The notes below the pieces were generated by a model. It made no database searches. It had not been told where the DNA came from and was given only the letters and a program-made list of their open reading frames with translations. Shown piece by piece: positions 30,694-40,282 of a stretch of DNA of 64,000 bases (its first letter is position 1; each line of letters starts with the position of its first letter). The stretch covers positions 32,001 through 96,000 of IMG/VR virus record IMGVR_UViG_3300005826_000037; one strand, 5' to 3'. Both the position numbers and the translations under genes were made by a program. This DNA is from a virus.

Positions 30694-31266
30694 ATGGCTC
30701 TTTTAGGTATAAAAGTTCCTCAATCAATAGCTAGAACATTAAGACAAATAGATGCCCCTGGTAAAAAAGAGGACTCTTCCGATTTTCATATCACATTATT
30801 AATATTCAATGAAGATATTAGTATATCTGAGGTTGCGAAATCAGTAGAAGCTATTGGTAATGCAATAAAAGATGTAAATCCTTTCAAATTGAAACTAAAC
30901 AAAGTTTCATGTTTTCCAAAGCGTGGAGATAATCCTGTTCCTATAATTATGCCTATTGAGTCCGAAGATCTTCAAGAATTACGATCTAAAGTAAAAAAAG
31001 CTCTTAAAAAACATAAAGTTGAGTTTAATGATACATTCAAAGAATACAGACCTCACATTACATTATCATATGATGAAAATGAAGTAAAAGACTTTAAAGT
31101 CGATAAAGAGGAATTTATGGTGGATGAAATTGTGTTGTGGTCAGGAAATGAAGGTTTAAATGAAAAGGAATTATTTGTGACTTTCCCTCTTAGTAGCAAA
31201 AAGAAAAAGAATTCTGCATTACTAAGACGTATTGAATATTTCTATAAAATGGCTGTGCATTTATAA
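30694..31266 (+). CDS. 2H phosphoesterase (LigT/2'-5' RNA ligase family)
   Basis: Two HxT motifs, FHITL and PHITL; SD AAGGAG. Confidence 0.9.
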   Translation: MALLGIKVPQSIARTLRQIDAPGKKEDSSDFHITLLIFNEDISISEVAKSVEAIGNAIKDVNPFKLKLNKVSCFPKRGDNPVPIIMPIESEDLQELRSKVKKALKKHKVEFNDTFKEYRPHITLSYDENEVKDFKVDKEEFMVDEIVLWSGNEGLNEKELFVTFPLSSKKKKNSALLRRIEYFYKMAVHL

Positions 31267-31315
31267 AAGACCCAACTGCGTCAACTATTAAGAACACTCG
31301 TAAGTGCTTGTTTTC

Positions 31316-32215
31316 TCATATCAAACGCCTAGCGCGAAGGTGGCGAAGGCGTTTGAAGGCTGGATTTATTGCTGAATTCATTGAGAAAACGCCTAGTCCT
31401 CTTGGAGTAGGTCTAAGAGAATTCTTGATATACTTTAATTTTTCCCAATAGTGTGTTAACAATGCAGAATATTGAGTCATCATTAACTCAGAAACAGTTG
31501 GAGGATTAAAATTCAATCCATTATCTGTGAACTGAAATTCACGACCACGTTCAATAAGTGCTTTTGATGCTAATGCATAAAGAGTTGCGCCTTCAACAAG
31601 AATTTCACCAAATTGTTCAACAAAGTTATTATCATCAAATTCAAAAAATGTGAAGTAAGGAACCTGATTAAAATCCCATAAAGCTGTTGCAATAAAAGTA
31701 ACAAGTATATCATAAGAGAAAATATCACAATCTACATATACAACATTTCCATAAGCATCTGCTGATTTGGCTTTACCAGAGCTATTAAGTCTCGCTCTCA
31801 ATGATTTTACAAGCTTATTTATATTAGTTGTTGCTTCTTGAGAGTATTGAAATCCTGGATCATCACCAAGAGCCGTATATCCGTCCGTATTGGGATGTGG
31901 GATTTGCGTATAATTTATAATAAATTCAAATTGTGTTTCAACACGGAACCCATTGATATACGCGATCCAAATATCATGCCAAACACCATATGAGGCATTA
32001 ATTGGGGCAGTAAAAATATAACTATATAATCCAACTCCGGATCTAGATACTCCAACACTTGTTGGAGACATAAATACAGAACCACTTGGCTGAACTATAG
32101 ATATTTGTGGATATGAGTCTGCATCTACTAGATTACCAGAATGGTCTTTAAACTGAACAATTAAATTAACTTGATCAGTGGCTTCAATAAGCTCACCGCG
32201 TGCTTTTATAACCAT
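31316..32215 (-). CDS. putative head-tail adaptor/neck protein with N-terminal Ig-like domain
   Basis: Beta-rich N-terminus; helical C-terminus ALWDFNQVP...ALIERGREFQFTDNGLNFNPP; location between head and tail genes. Confidence 0.6.
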   Translation of the reverse strand: MVIKARGELIEATDQVNLIVQFKDHSGNLVDADSYPQISIVQPSGSVFMSPTSVGVSRSGVGLYSYIFTAPINASYGVWHDIWIAYINGFRVETQFEFIINYTQIPHPNTDGYTALGDDPGFQYSQEATTNINKLVKSLRARLNSSGKAKSADAYGNVVYVDCDIFSYDILVTFIATALWDFNQVPYFTFFEFDDNNFVEQFGEILVEGATLYALASKALIERGREFQFTDNGLNFNPPTVSELMMTQYSALLTHYWEKLKYIKNSLRPTPRGLGVFSMNSAINPAFKRLRHLRARRLI

Positions 32216-32255
32216 GGATCATCTCCTAATATACCAATAGTCAGGCATATTAAAT

Positions 32256-33086
32256 ATGAAAAACAGACTTGAAACAAAACTAACTAAAACAATACTAGAA
32301 TATGAATATAATAGATTAGGAAGTATGCAGAAGGTTGCTGACTATCTTCAAGTATCAATAGACAGTATTTATAAATATATGAAATTATATGAAATACCAT
32401 ATAATAAACATTACCAAGGAATATATGTTTGTAATGAAAATTATTTTAAAAATGATACTGAGGGATCTTTTTATTGGGCTGGATTTATAGCTGCAGATGG
32501 TTCGGTACAAAAAAGAAAATACTCTAAAATATTAAAAATAGCGTTATCACAAAATGACCATCAACACATTGAATTGTTTAAAAAATCAATCGAAAGTACA
32601 CATCCTATAAAAACACATGAAGTAAAACCAAGTAAATTAGTAAAAACAAAAAACATGTGTTCTGAAATACAAATTGCAAATAATAATATCTATAATGATC
32701 TAAATCGATTTAATATAATTCCTAATAAGACAAAAGTATATACATTTCCAGAATGGTTAATAGATCATGAATTAGTAAATCATTTTATGAGAGGATATTT
32801 TGATGGTGATGGTACTATAACTAACTGCGGTTTAGGAAAAAATAGATCTGTTATACAAAAATCATTTTCAATATTAGGGACAAAACAATTTATAGAGCAG
32901 TATATGAATACACTTATTTCCAAAACATTACTAAATGAAGTAAAAATATCACCACATTATTCTGTATTTAAATTATCTTATTCTGGAAATAACAACATCA
33001 AAACTATATATAATTTTTTATATAAAAACGCAACAATATATTTATATAGGAAACATAATAAATTTCAAGATGATATTACTGAGTAA
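32256..33086 (+). CDS. free-standing LAGLIDADG homing endonuclease
   Basis: YWAGFIAADG and FMRGYFDGDG. Confidence 0.9.
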   Translation: MKNRLETKLTKTILEYEYNRLGSMQKVADYLQVSIDSIYKYMKLYEIPYNKHYQGIYVCNENYFKNDTEGSFYWAGFIAADGSVQKRKYSKILKIALSQNDHQHIELFKKSIESTHPIKTHEVKPSKLVKTKNMCSEIQIANNNIYNDLNRFNIIPNKTKVYTFPEWLIDHELVNHFMRGYFDGDGTITNCGLGKNRSVIQKSFSILGTKQFIEQYMNTLISKTLLNEVKISPHYSVFKLSYSGNNNIKTIYNFLYKNATIYLYRKHNKFQDDITE

Positions 33087-33427
33087 ATACCATATGGTGC
33101 AGTTACTTGTAATATCACCGATTCTATTTTAAGCCTTCCAAAATCGTCTCTATATCGAATATCAACATAATAAGATCCAACAGCAGACGCTCCAGTAGGA
33201 ATACTTACATCTCCATAGAATATTCCAAGATCAAATTTTGTCATTGGAGATGGATAACCATCCATCAATGTAAGATTTGGCTTAATCACTCTATGAATAA
33301 CCGGGACAGAATACCCGTCTATAGGATATCCATCATAATAACCATCAGTATAATATCCATCCGTATCTAACACAGAAAGATAGATAGTTGCGACTTGACC
33401 TGGAGAATATGTTAGAAGCTGTGACAT
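33065..33427 (-). CDS. small Ig-like virion protein with tandem DGY cluster
   Basis: Start re-assigned to MSQLLTYSPG (TGATATAT motif at -16); resembles the N-terminus of 31316-32215; contains TDGYYTDGYYDGYPIDGY. Confidence 0.65.
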   Translation of the reverse strand: MSQLLTYSPGQVATIYLSVLDTDGYYTDGYYDGYPIDGYSVPVIHRVIKPNLTLMDGYPSPMTKFDLGIFYGDVSIPTGASAVGSYYVDIRYRDDFGRLKIESVILQVTAPYGIYSVISS

Positions 33428-33435
33428 TGCAAAAA

Positions 33436-33443
33436 ATATATCA
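33436..33443 (-). promoter_or_regulatory. TGATATAT motif 16 nt upstream of ATG 33427
   Basis: TGATATATTTTTTGCA-ATG. Confidence 0.55.
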
Positions 33444-33492
33444 TTATATGCATTCATACTAAATATGAAACATGATAAATAGGGAGAGTAAT

Positions 33493-33912
33493 ATGAAACC
33501 TTGCAGAGAAAAACCAAAAGAGCCAGAATTTTGGATAACTAATATATCCACTAACAATATCAGTCTTTCAGATTTAAACATTACACTTAATTCTTATACA
33601 TCAGTTAATTTGTTGGATAAACGGCATCAATATCTAACAATCGAAGAGATAAGAAATTCTCTTAATCGTGGAGCTTTATCAAAATACATAAAGATGAGAA
33701 AGATTGTAATAAGACACAATGCCCCAGTTATCTTTAAAAACGAGATAAAGGTAGATAAAAATGCAATAATTCCTAATCGCCATACTTCAATATTTGAAAT
33801 CGAGTATAGGAATTATGAAGAGTTAGATATAACTGACGAGGAATTTGCTGCAGAAAATGCAGAAACGGCTGAGATAGATACTCTGCCATTGTTTAAGAAG
33901 GAAGAAGACTAA
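33493..33912 (+). CDS. hypothetical protein, paralogous to the N-terminus of 45597-46220
   Basis: SD GGAG before ATG 33493; FWITNIS...IRNSLNRGAL...KIVI. Confidence 0.65.
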   Translation: MKPCREKPKEPEFWITNISTNNISLSDLNITLNSYTSVNLLDKRHQYLTIEEIRNSLNRGALSKYIKMRKIVIRHNAPVIFKNEIKVDKNAIIPNRHTSIFEIEYRNYEELDITDEEFAAENAETAEIDTLPLFKKEED

Positions 33913-33914
33913 TT

Positions 33915-34148
33915 TCAGTTACTTAATACAACAACCTCAACAGCCTTTGGATCGCCATGTTTATTCACACCAAGGGAGAAGGAAACCTTTTGCCCTTTAT
34001 ATAGCGTTTTAAATCCTTCACATGAGATATCAGAAAAATGAACAAATAAATCTTTTTGCTTCACACCATCCTTTATCCAATCAATAAAGCCATAACCCCT
34101 CTTAGGGTCAAACCAAATAACTTCACCATGCAATGTTTTAGTTGTCAT
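33915..34148 (-). CDS. cold-shock domain protein
   Basis: GEVIWFDPKRGYGFI (RNP1), DLFVHFSDI (RNP2), GFKTLYKGQKVSF; start at 34148 chosen from the SD AAGGA. Confidence 0.92.
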   Translation of the reverse strand: MTTKTLHGEVIWFDPKRGYGFIDWIKDGVKQKDLFVHFSDISCEGFKTLYKGQKVSFSLGVNKHGDPKAVEVVVLSN

Positions 34149-34158
34149 ATTTAATTCC

Positions 34159-34434
34159 TTAATCATCTTTCGCTACGAGCTGATTATCAACGTATAATTC
34201 TCCCCCGCCACCTAAAAGTCTATACATTTCATAACAGCCTAATTTGGCGATATCAGCTCGCTCTTTCTCGTTTGTACAATTACGAAGCAATTTATCATAT
34301 TTTTCTAATAAAAGCCTCATCTCCATCTCACACCCTACCAATCTGGCGTGTCTCAGAAGTCTTTTACGCGTCTCATTCTCATCCAATACCTTATTGCTTA
34401 AATTTGCCGGATTGGTTAAATCTATTTTATCCAT
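34159..34434 (-). CDS. hypothetical protein
   Basis: 91 aa ORF with GGAG SD, tightly packed in the operon. Confidence 0.65.
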   Translation of the reverse strand: MDKIDLTNPANLSNKVLDENETRKRLLRHARLVGCEMEMRLLLEKYDKLLRNCTNEKERADIAKLGCYEMYRLLGGGGELYVDNQLVAKDD

Positions 34435-34438
34435 ATTC

Positions 34439-34759
34439 TTACTCCATTGAAATCTTATATGATTTTGGTTTTGTCTGAACTAACGGCTCATCAATGCCTT
34501 CAATATTTCTTACTCCATCCAATTCATATACTAATGTTCTTCCATTCGGCAATTTAGTAGAAGGGAAAATACCAATAATTTTAAGCCTTCCACTATGCAC
34601 TAAAGCATGACAATTTGCACATAGAATTGCTAAATTGTCAGAGTGATTTGACGTGTTTAATTCCGTTCTCTCTATAATATGATGGAAGTGTAGTAGATTG
34701 GGGTCTGTAATCAGACAACTTTCTATCTCACATTTATTTTTGATTAACTTCTTCTTCAT
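34439..34759 (-). CDS. HNH endonuclease
   Basis: CEIESC...LHFHHII...NLAILCANCHALVH; start set by the GGATATAT motif at -16. Confidence 0.8.
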   Translation of the reverse strand: MKKKLIKNKCEIESCLITDPNLLHFHHIIERTELNTSNHSDNLAILCANCHALVHSGRLKIIGIFPSTKLPNGRTLVYELDGVRNIEGIDEPLVQTKPKSYKISME

Positions 34760-34767
34760 ATTCACAT

Positions 34768-34775
34768 ATATATCC
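34768..34775 (-). promoter_or_regulatory. GGATATAT variant motif 16 nt upstream of ATG 34759
   Basis: GGATATATATGTGAAT-ATG. Confidence 0.5.
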
Positions 34776-34828
34776 GCCTGTTTAAACGACGCATACAGTG
34801 CGTAATTATCCATGATCATCAAAAATAA

Positions 34829-35116
34829 TTATTTCTTTAAGACATAAATGTCACAAAAATTTGTTTGTTTTTTAGAATCAAACCTGCCACTTATATCAAA
34901 AACAACCTTAAAAGTAATCATGACATAATTTGTTCCTGTAGAAATAGACCATCTTTCAAAGATATCTCTTATATTACTTATAGAGTCTCTATCAAACCTA
35001 TTGTCTACACATATAGTTTTATATATTTGAGCGTTATACGGACTATTAAGATCAAATAATTGATTGCACCCACTCATAATAAATACAATCAAAAAATATA
35101 CATAAAAACTTCTCAT
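34829..35116 (-). CDS. putative small lipoprotein, possibly truncated
   Basis: MRSFYVYFLIVFIMSGC signal peptide with lipobox-like MSGC. Confidence 0.45.
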   Translation of the reverse strand: MRSFYVYFLIVFIMSGCNQLFDLNSPYNAQIYKTICVDNRFDRDSISNIRDIFERWSISTGTNYVMITFKVVFDISGRFDSKKQTNFCDIYVLKK

Positions 35117-35120
35117 ACGC

Positions 35121-35429
35121 TTAGCGTATTGCCCATGCCTCAATTCTTACAACACCAGACCCTCTAAACCATATTTTTGATATAACCCTATTCTCAAATA
35201 CTAAACTTTGACTAGCTTGACCAGAAGTCATATCTCCATGAAGAGTAATACCGTTAAATGAATATTCTAATGGTCCTCCACTCTCAAGATCAAATGTAAT
35301 AGTATATGTCATAAATGGAATTAATACCTGACATTCAGATGGGAAATAACCATCAGTAACATTTACTGTTAATTTATTGAAGTAATTGAAGTCTCTACCG
35401 TAATCTATTGGTCCGTATGGTGTGCCCAT
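35121..35429 (-). CDS. small beta-rich virion protein (paralog of 36484-36816)
   Basis: Shared EYSFxG..HG, LVFxNRVxSxIWFR and xAW motifs. Confidence 0.7.
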   Translation of the reverse strand: MGTPYGPIDYGRDFNYFNKLTVNVTDGYFPSECQVLIPFMTYTITFDLESGGPLEYSFNGITLHGDMTSGQASQSLVFENRVISKIWFRGSGVVRIEAWAIR

Positions 35430-35492
35430 GATTTTTCTCCTATTTTTATATCATAATATTATCATTGCTATTATATTGCACACCGCATTAAA

Positions 35493-36482
35493 TTAAGGTA
35501 TTTCTTTTTCACTACCTAATTGAATTTTTTGATAATGAAGATCTGTAGTCAGTATAGCTACATTTGCGGCAGGTGTTCCATATGTTTTACTTGTATTAAA
35601 TGTATCCGATGGACTTGTGCCATATCTTCTAAAATATATAATAATTGAAGTTGATTCCCTTGCCCAAGAAGGAGGGGTAATACTACCTAATGAAAGTATT
35701 TTTTGAGTATTTATATCACCGGGATTAACTGCAAAAGAACCACTAAAATATGTCCAACCAGACATTGCAGGAAGTGCATTTACATTATTAGGGCGAGTCC
35801 ACGCATAATACCCTTCAATATAAATATATTCAGTTGAAACAGGATCTGCTCCGATCATTACATGTATATGAGGTCTAACTGCAGTATCATATTTCCATTG
35901 ATGAGATGTTTGATAAACAAAATTAAGCTCATCATTTTGATCATGACGCAACCAATACATCTGAAAAGGAGTGTCTCTCCATACTTCTTTTGTTAATGCC
36001 GACACCCCAGTTCCTTGTTCTACTGGTCCTTGAATATCATCCCAACGACCAGCTTGCTTTGCCACCCAATAACCATCTGTAGCTGCAACAACACATAATC
36101 CATCAATAGTATGAGTATTTGCTTTTTCTAAAATATAAAAATCTTCTAACTCATTAACATAAATAGATGTTCCATCAGGAAGCCCAGTAGTATTAATTCC
36201 GCCTAAATCTGATAATAATGTGACCGGAGCTAATGAACTTAAATAACCATCAATTCCATCCAATTTCGCTTTATCACTACCAGAAATAAATCCGGCACTA
36301 ACATTAGAAATTGCTAATGAATGAAGATCTCCTCCAGATAAATTACCATGCTCATGGATATGGTCTGCCCTGCTAGCAGCATTATCTGTGCCAGCATGAA
36401 CAGTTCCTAAAGGTTCCGGTGGATCATTACTTAGAGGTCCATAACCATCACCACCAGATATTTGATAAATAAATCCACTCAT
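35493..36482 (-). CDS. fibre-like virion protein
   Basis: ASRADHIHEH and AGFISGSDKAKLDGI are typical phage fibre shaft motifs; 3 DGY. Confidence 0.6.
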   Translation of the reverse strand: MSGFIYQISGGDGYGPLSNDPPEPLGTVHAGTDNAASRADHIHEHGNLSGGDLHSLAISNVSAGFISGSDKAKLDGIDGYLSSLAPVTLLSDLGGINTTGLPDGTSIYVNELEDFYILEKANTHTIDGLCVVAATDGYWVAKQAGRWDDIQGPVEQGTGVSALTKEVWRDTPFQMYWLRHDQNDELNFVYQTSHQWKYDTAVRPHIHVMIGADPVSTEYIYIEGYYAWTRPNNVNALPAMSGWTYFSGSFAVNPGDINTQKILSLGSITPPSWARESTSIIIYFRRYGTSPSDTFNTSKTYGTPAANVAILTTDLHYQKIQLGSEKEIP

Positions 36483-36483
36483 T

Positions 36484-36816
36484 TTAACCCCAAGCTTGAA
36501 TTGAAACTCTTATTGGTCCAGTACTTCCAGTTTTAACTCTAAACCAAATCAATGAAACAACTCTATTATCAAAAACAAGACCCTTTGTAACAGTGCTGGA
36601 GTCTAACTCGCCGTGAACTCCATATCCAGTAAAAGAATATTCTACTACACCAGTTCCTTCATTAATAAACATTATACCACGAGTTGTAAAAGGAATTACT
36701 ATATCAGGTCCATATCCATCTGATGCTCCTCCACCAAATGTACTCCAATTAACTTCTACTTTCTCAAAAAAATCATATTCTTTGCCAGTCTTTTTTCTAA
36801 TACCCGGATAACCCAT
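36484..36816 (-). CDS. small beta-rich virion protein (paralog of 35121-35429)
   Basis: EYSFTGYGVHGEL...LVFDNRVVSLIWFR...IQAWG. Confidence 0.7.
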   Translation of the reverse strand: MGYPGIRKKTGKEYDFFEKVEVNWSTFGGGASDGYGPDIVIPFTTRGIMFINEGTGVVEYSFTGYGVHGELDSSTVTKGLVFDNRVVSLIWFRVKTGSTGPIRVSIQAWG

Positions 36817-36837
36817 TTTTTTTACCTCTCACACCAA

Positions 36838-37689
36838 TCAGGCACCATCATTAAAACCAATATCCATCATCCTTCTAATCTCTTTTGGATCAAAATTCAA
36901 AGAATTCTTAATTAGTAATTCTTTTGGTCTAACTATTCTAAATGAAATCTGTTTTTTGCCCGGCATATCCGCACCAGAATCAAGAGCTTTATTTATCATA
37001 AGAGCCATCTTTACATCATTAGCAATAATCTCATCAGACATTAAATCAATAACTCTCATTGCTACATGAAGTGCATTTGGCTTTTCACTATTATCAATAA
37101 CAGATGAATCAGGAGATGTCATAACAATATCAATCTCTGTTGCCCCAGCATCAATAGCTGCAGCTATAGGCGTTACAGTCTTTACTCCACCATCTGTCCA
37201 TAATTCTCCATAAATTTCAATTGGAGTTAAAAATACAGGAAATGCTGACGAAGCAATTACACCTTCTGCAATCTCTGGGTGCTCTTCTGTAAATAAATGA
37301 TATTTACCAGTATTTAATGATACTGCTCCAACTCTAAGCTTTCTTCCACTTGCTACTATTTTCTTGCAATCAAGCGTATTACGAACCATGTCCATCAAAG
37401 GTTTACTATTATACAAACTTGGTTTCCACAAACCAGCCAATTCTCTTACAATACACCAATGCTTATAAATCTTTGAATCATCTATTGTCCCCCATAAATT
37501 AAGAAGATCTGTATATGCCCTAATCTCTTCTCCAATTTTATATTGGGACAAAAAAGAAGTATTCAACGCTCCAACAGAAACTCCACAAAGAATATCATAT
37601 TTAATTTGCTGCGCATATAACCAATTATAAAGCACTCCAACCTGATATGCCCCTTTTACGCCGCCTCCGCTAAGTACAAGCGCTCTCAT
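36838..37689 (-). CDS. patatin-like phospholipase
   Basis: LVLSGGGVKG, GVSVG (GxSxG), ASSAFP and DGG motifs; ATGA-coupled start at 37689 with GGAGG SD. Confidence 0.92.
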   Translation of the reverse strand: MRALVLSGGGVKGAYQVGVLYNWLYAQQIKYDILCGVSVGALNTSFLSQYKIGEEIRAYTDLLNLWGTIDDSKIYKHWCIVRELAGLWKPSLYNSKPLMDMVRNTLDCKKIVASGRKLRVGAVSLNTGKYHLFTEEHPEIAEGVIASSAFPVFLTPIEIYGELWTDGGVKTVTPIAAAIDAGATEIDIVMTSPDSSVIDNSEKPNALHVAMRVIDLMSDEIIANDVKMALMINKALDSGADMPGKKQISFRIVRPKELLIKNSLNFDPKEIRRMMDIGFNDGA

Positions 37690-38453
37690 ACGTCCCTCCA
37701 TGTTCTACCCGATAAAATATTATTAATAATAAGCGCTGTAACATTAAATTTTTCAGCAAGCTCTTTTCTTGATAAATTATCAGGGTTTTCTTTTATATAT
37801 TTGACTTCATCCAATTTTAATTTTGATAATTTTTCCTTATGTTCTAATGATAGTTTTCTGCCTTTTGTATATTGATTTCCTAAATTAGCTTTTTTAATTC
37901 CTTCTCTAGTATTAGTATGCATTTTTGTGCCACGAAAACACTCCGATAATTTCTTTTTAGTTTCTTCTGTATGATTTTTGCCATAAAAAGGATTACCTTC
38001 TCCAGAAAATTGTCTACTCAATTCTTCTTTCATTTTATTAATTGATTCTTCCGTATGAGTTCTACCATAAAAAGGATTATTTTCTCCTTTGGTTGCATTA
38101 GATATTTTTTTTCTAGTTTCTTCGTTCATAACTGGGTGTTCACCACCAGTAGTACAATTATAACCATTTGGAGATATACAATTAGCAGTTTTAATCCAAT
38201 TACATTCTGCTTGATTTAAATCATCAATAGAAAAACATTCTTCAACAACAGTAATTTCAAAATTTTCTATTCCATACTTTCTAATTGCTCTATGGAATGG
38301 CAATTTAGATCCGTTATTTGCCATATAAATATGGTCATTAATTCTATATTTTAATTTTTGTGTTGTTTGACCTATATAAATTTTATTAGAAATTTTACAC
38401 TTAGCACAATAAATAACTCCATTTATCATTAATTCATTTTGAATTTTCATCAT
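37686..38453 (-). CDS. GIY-YIG homing endonuclease with NUMOD3 repeats
   Basis: GVIY...KIYIGQT; NPFYGRTHTEES and NPFYGKNHTEET. Confidence 0.9.
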   Translation of the reverse strand: MMKIQNELMINGVIYCAKCKISNKIYIGQTTQKLKYRINDHIYMANNGSKLPFHRAIRKYGIENFEITVVEECFSIDDLNQAECNWIKTANCISPNGYNCTTGGEHPVMNEETRKKISNATKGENNPFYGRTHTEESINKMKEELSRQFSGEGNPFYGKNHTEETKKKLSECFRGTKMHTNTREGIKKANLGNQYTKGRKLSLEHKEKLSKLKLDEVKYIKENPDNLSRKELAEKFNVTALIINNILSGRTWRDV

Positions 38454-39637
38454 AAACTCTCATCAACACTAGTACAATAAAATGTAATTGTTAACATCTC
38501 ACCATCAACACAAATATGATCGCCAGTTGTGACCCATAATTCCATTCCATAAGTTGAATACAACTCTCTTGCTGTTGCATAATTAAATGGAATAGCCTGA
38601 ACATTACTCTTCATTCCTCTGCATTTTCTTCTAAATTCTTTTAACGGCAAAGATTTATCAGCCTCACTTGCACCAATTGCATTTACAGTTGGCAAAGCTC
38701 CACGAGCCTCTGTAATAATCTGAGAAACTCTGTGGTAATAATCTTCTTGTAACGGAATCTTTGTTAATGAAGGATATGGAGTAACATTCCATGTAGAATT
38801 TCTAAAAGTTAAATACATGCCAATATCAATAACAGTAGCCCAATCTTCTTCACTTGGAACAGTTAATCCCCATGTATATCCATCCCATTGAACAACAGCA
38901 CCATCATATCCCGTCCAATCACCAGTTGCAGAAGCTCCTACAATATATGCATCTCCCACATCAGGAGACACAGGAGGATCTGAATATGATGCAGAAAGAA
39001 CATAACCTAAATCATTTGATCCTCTCATATACTGAGGAGCAAATACATCAACATAACCAACAACTATATATCCGAATCTAGTATTTAAAATACAATCCTG
39101 AGAAAAGTCAGACTCTGCATCTTCTATTCTTAAAGTCTTTCCAGGAGTTGGAACTAAATAAAATGTTGAATCTGTTGCATAATTAAAAGTTGCAGTGATT
39201 GTATTTCCTCTCATATCTGAGAAGAAATTAATCTCACCATTATCATAGTCTATCCAATAATAACCATCAGTTGATTCAAATTTAAATGGAGGACAAACTG
39301 TCTGCTCAACACCATTTACTTTAACAATTACAGAATATCCATGATCAGATTCATCAACCCATTTTTCTTGGTTGTGCATTCTTCCTGTAACCATATCAAT
39401 CCAATCAATATGAGCAGAGTTAGTACTTTTCCATACATAACCATCATAACCATCTTTAGCTTCTAATGCTTGGTCTTCTATTCTGGTAGAGCCTCCAAAC
39501 CAAGTTGTTTTATCACAGAAATTATGACTACCAACAACTACTTCAGATCCAACACGAGGAAAATGTGCCATTTTAGGCACTCCATCTTCTTGGGTTACCT
39601 GTAAATTAATTACTGTTGGGGGAGAAATAAATCCCAT
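38450..39637 (-). CDS. virion structural protein with inserted DUF2793-like domain
   Basis: DPPVSPDVGDAYIVGASATGDWTGYDGAVVQWDG.W matches the DUF2793 pattern; 4 DGY. Confidence 0.6.
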   Translation of the reverse strand: MGFISPPTVINLQVTQEDGVPKMAHFPRVGSEVVVGSHNFCDKTTWFGGSTRIEDQALEAKDGYDGYVWKSTNSAHIDWIDMVTGRMHNQEKWVDESDHGYSVIVKVNGVEQTVCPPFKFESTDGYYWIDYDNGEINFFSDMRGNTITATFNYATDSTFYLVPTPGKTLRIEDAESDFSQDCILNTRFGYIVVGYVDVFAPQYMRGSNDLGYVLSASYSDPPVSPDVGDAYIVGASATGDWTGYDGAVVQWDGYTWGLTVPSEEDWATVIDIGMYLTFRNSTWNVTPYPSLTKIPLQEDYYHRVSQIITEARGALPTVNAIGASEADKSLPLKEFRRKCRGMKSNVQAIPFNYATARELYSTYGMELWVTTGDHICVDGEMLTITFYCTSVDESL

Positions 39638-40269
39638 TATGCTACCTCTTGCCAGCCCCTAACTGCTACTTGAAAAAGATCAATTGATGATAAATCATCA
39701 TTTACTGTCATTATTAATCTATCATCAACTGATTCCGGTAAAACTATTGCTTGTTCGAATGAAAAATCAAAACTTAGAAAATCTTCTTGTGCACCTACAG
39801 CATTATATAAGTTAACATAATCATCAGAATAATTGAAAAAATCTCCAGTTCTAGTAATTGGTTCTGCAAATAAATTAGTAATAACACCACTTTGAATGGC
39901 TTGAAGAGTGATACCATTTGTCAATGCAGCACCACCAACTGTTGCTGTTCCAAACCTACGAAAATCTTGTGTTCCCATTTCAAAATAAGTGCCATTAAGA
40001 AGAACACGTATCATAACTATATATAAGACCTTTCCAGGCTCAGATGATACAGAAAACTCGACTGGAGTAACAGATCCATTTACATTCATATCATGAGACC
40101 CACCACTGTCTTCAAGAAACCCTCTGAACAATTTATATCTGGTCAAGAATTCATCAGGAGTCTGAAATCCATTTCTATTCTGTTCAGTGACTAATAGAGC
40201 ATGGTCTTCAGTTACCTGAGCTGAATAACCAGAACCAGTTCCATCTTTTATGTGTACTTTGCCAGCCAT
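39637..40269 (-). CDS. virion protein, tandem paralog 1 (DGxGxG N-terminal motif)
   Basis: IKDGTGSGYSAQVTEDHAL; beta-sandwich-like C-terminus. Confidence 0.6.
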   Translation of the reverse strand: MAGKVHIKDGTGSGYSAQVTEDHALLVTEQNRNGFQTPDEFLTRYKLFRGFLEDSGGSHDMNVNGSVTPVEFSVSSEPGKVLYIVMIRVLLNGTYFEMGTQDFRRFGTATVGGAALTNGITLQAIQSGVITNLFAEPITRTGDFFNYSDDYVNLYNAVGAQEDFLSFDFSFEQAIVLPESVDDRLIMTVNDDLSSIDLFQVAVRGWQEVA

Positions 40270-40282
40270 ATTATATTACCAA

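Noticed and set aside
30694-37689. Phage-borne CBASS operon (patatin effector plus 2H protein)
   Set aside because: There is no CD-NTase next to the patatin, and the two genes are more than 5 kb apart on opposite strands; the CCA enzyme is a class II tRNA nucleotidyltransferase.
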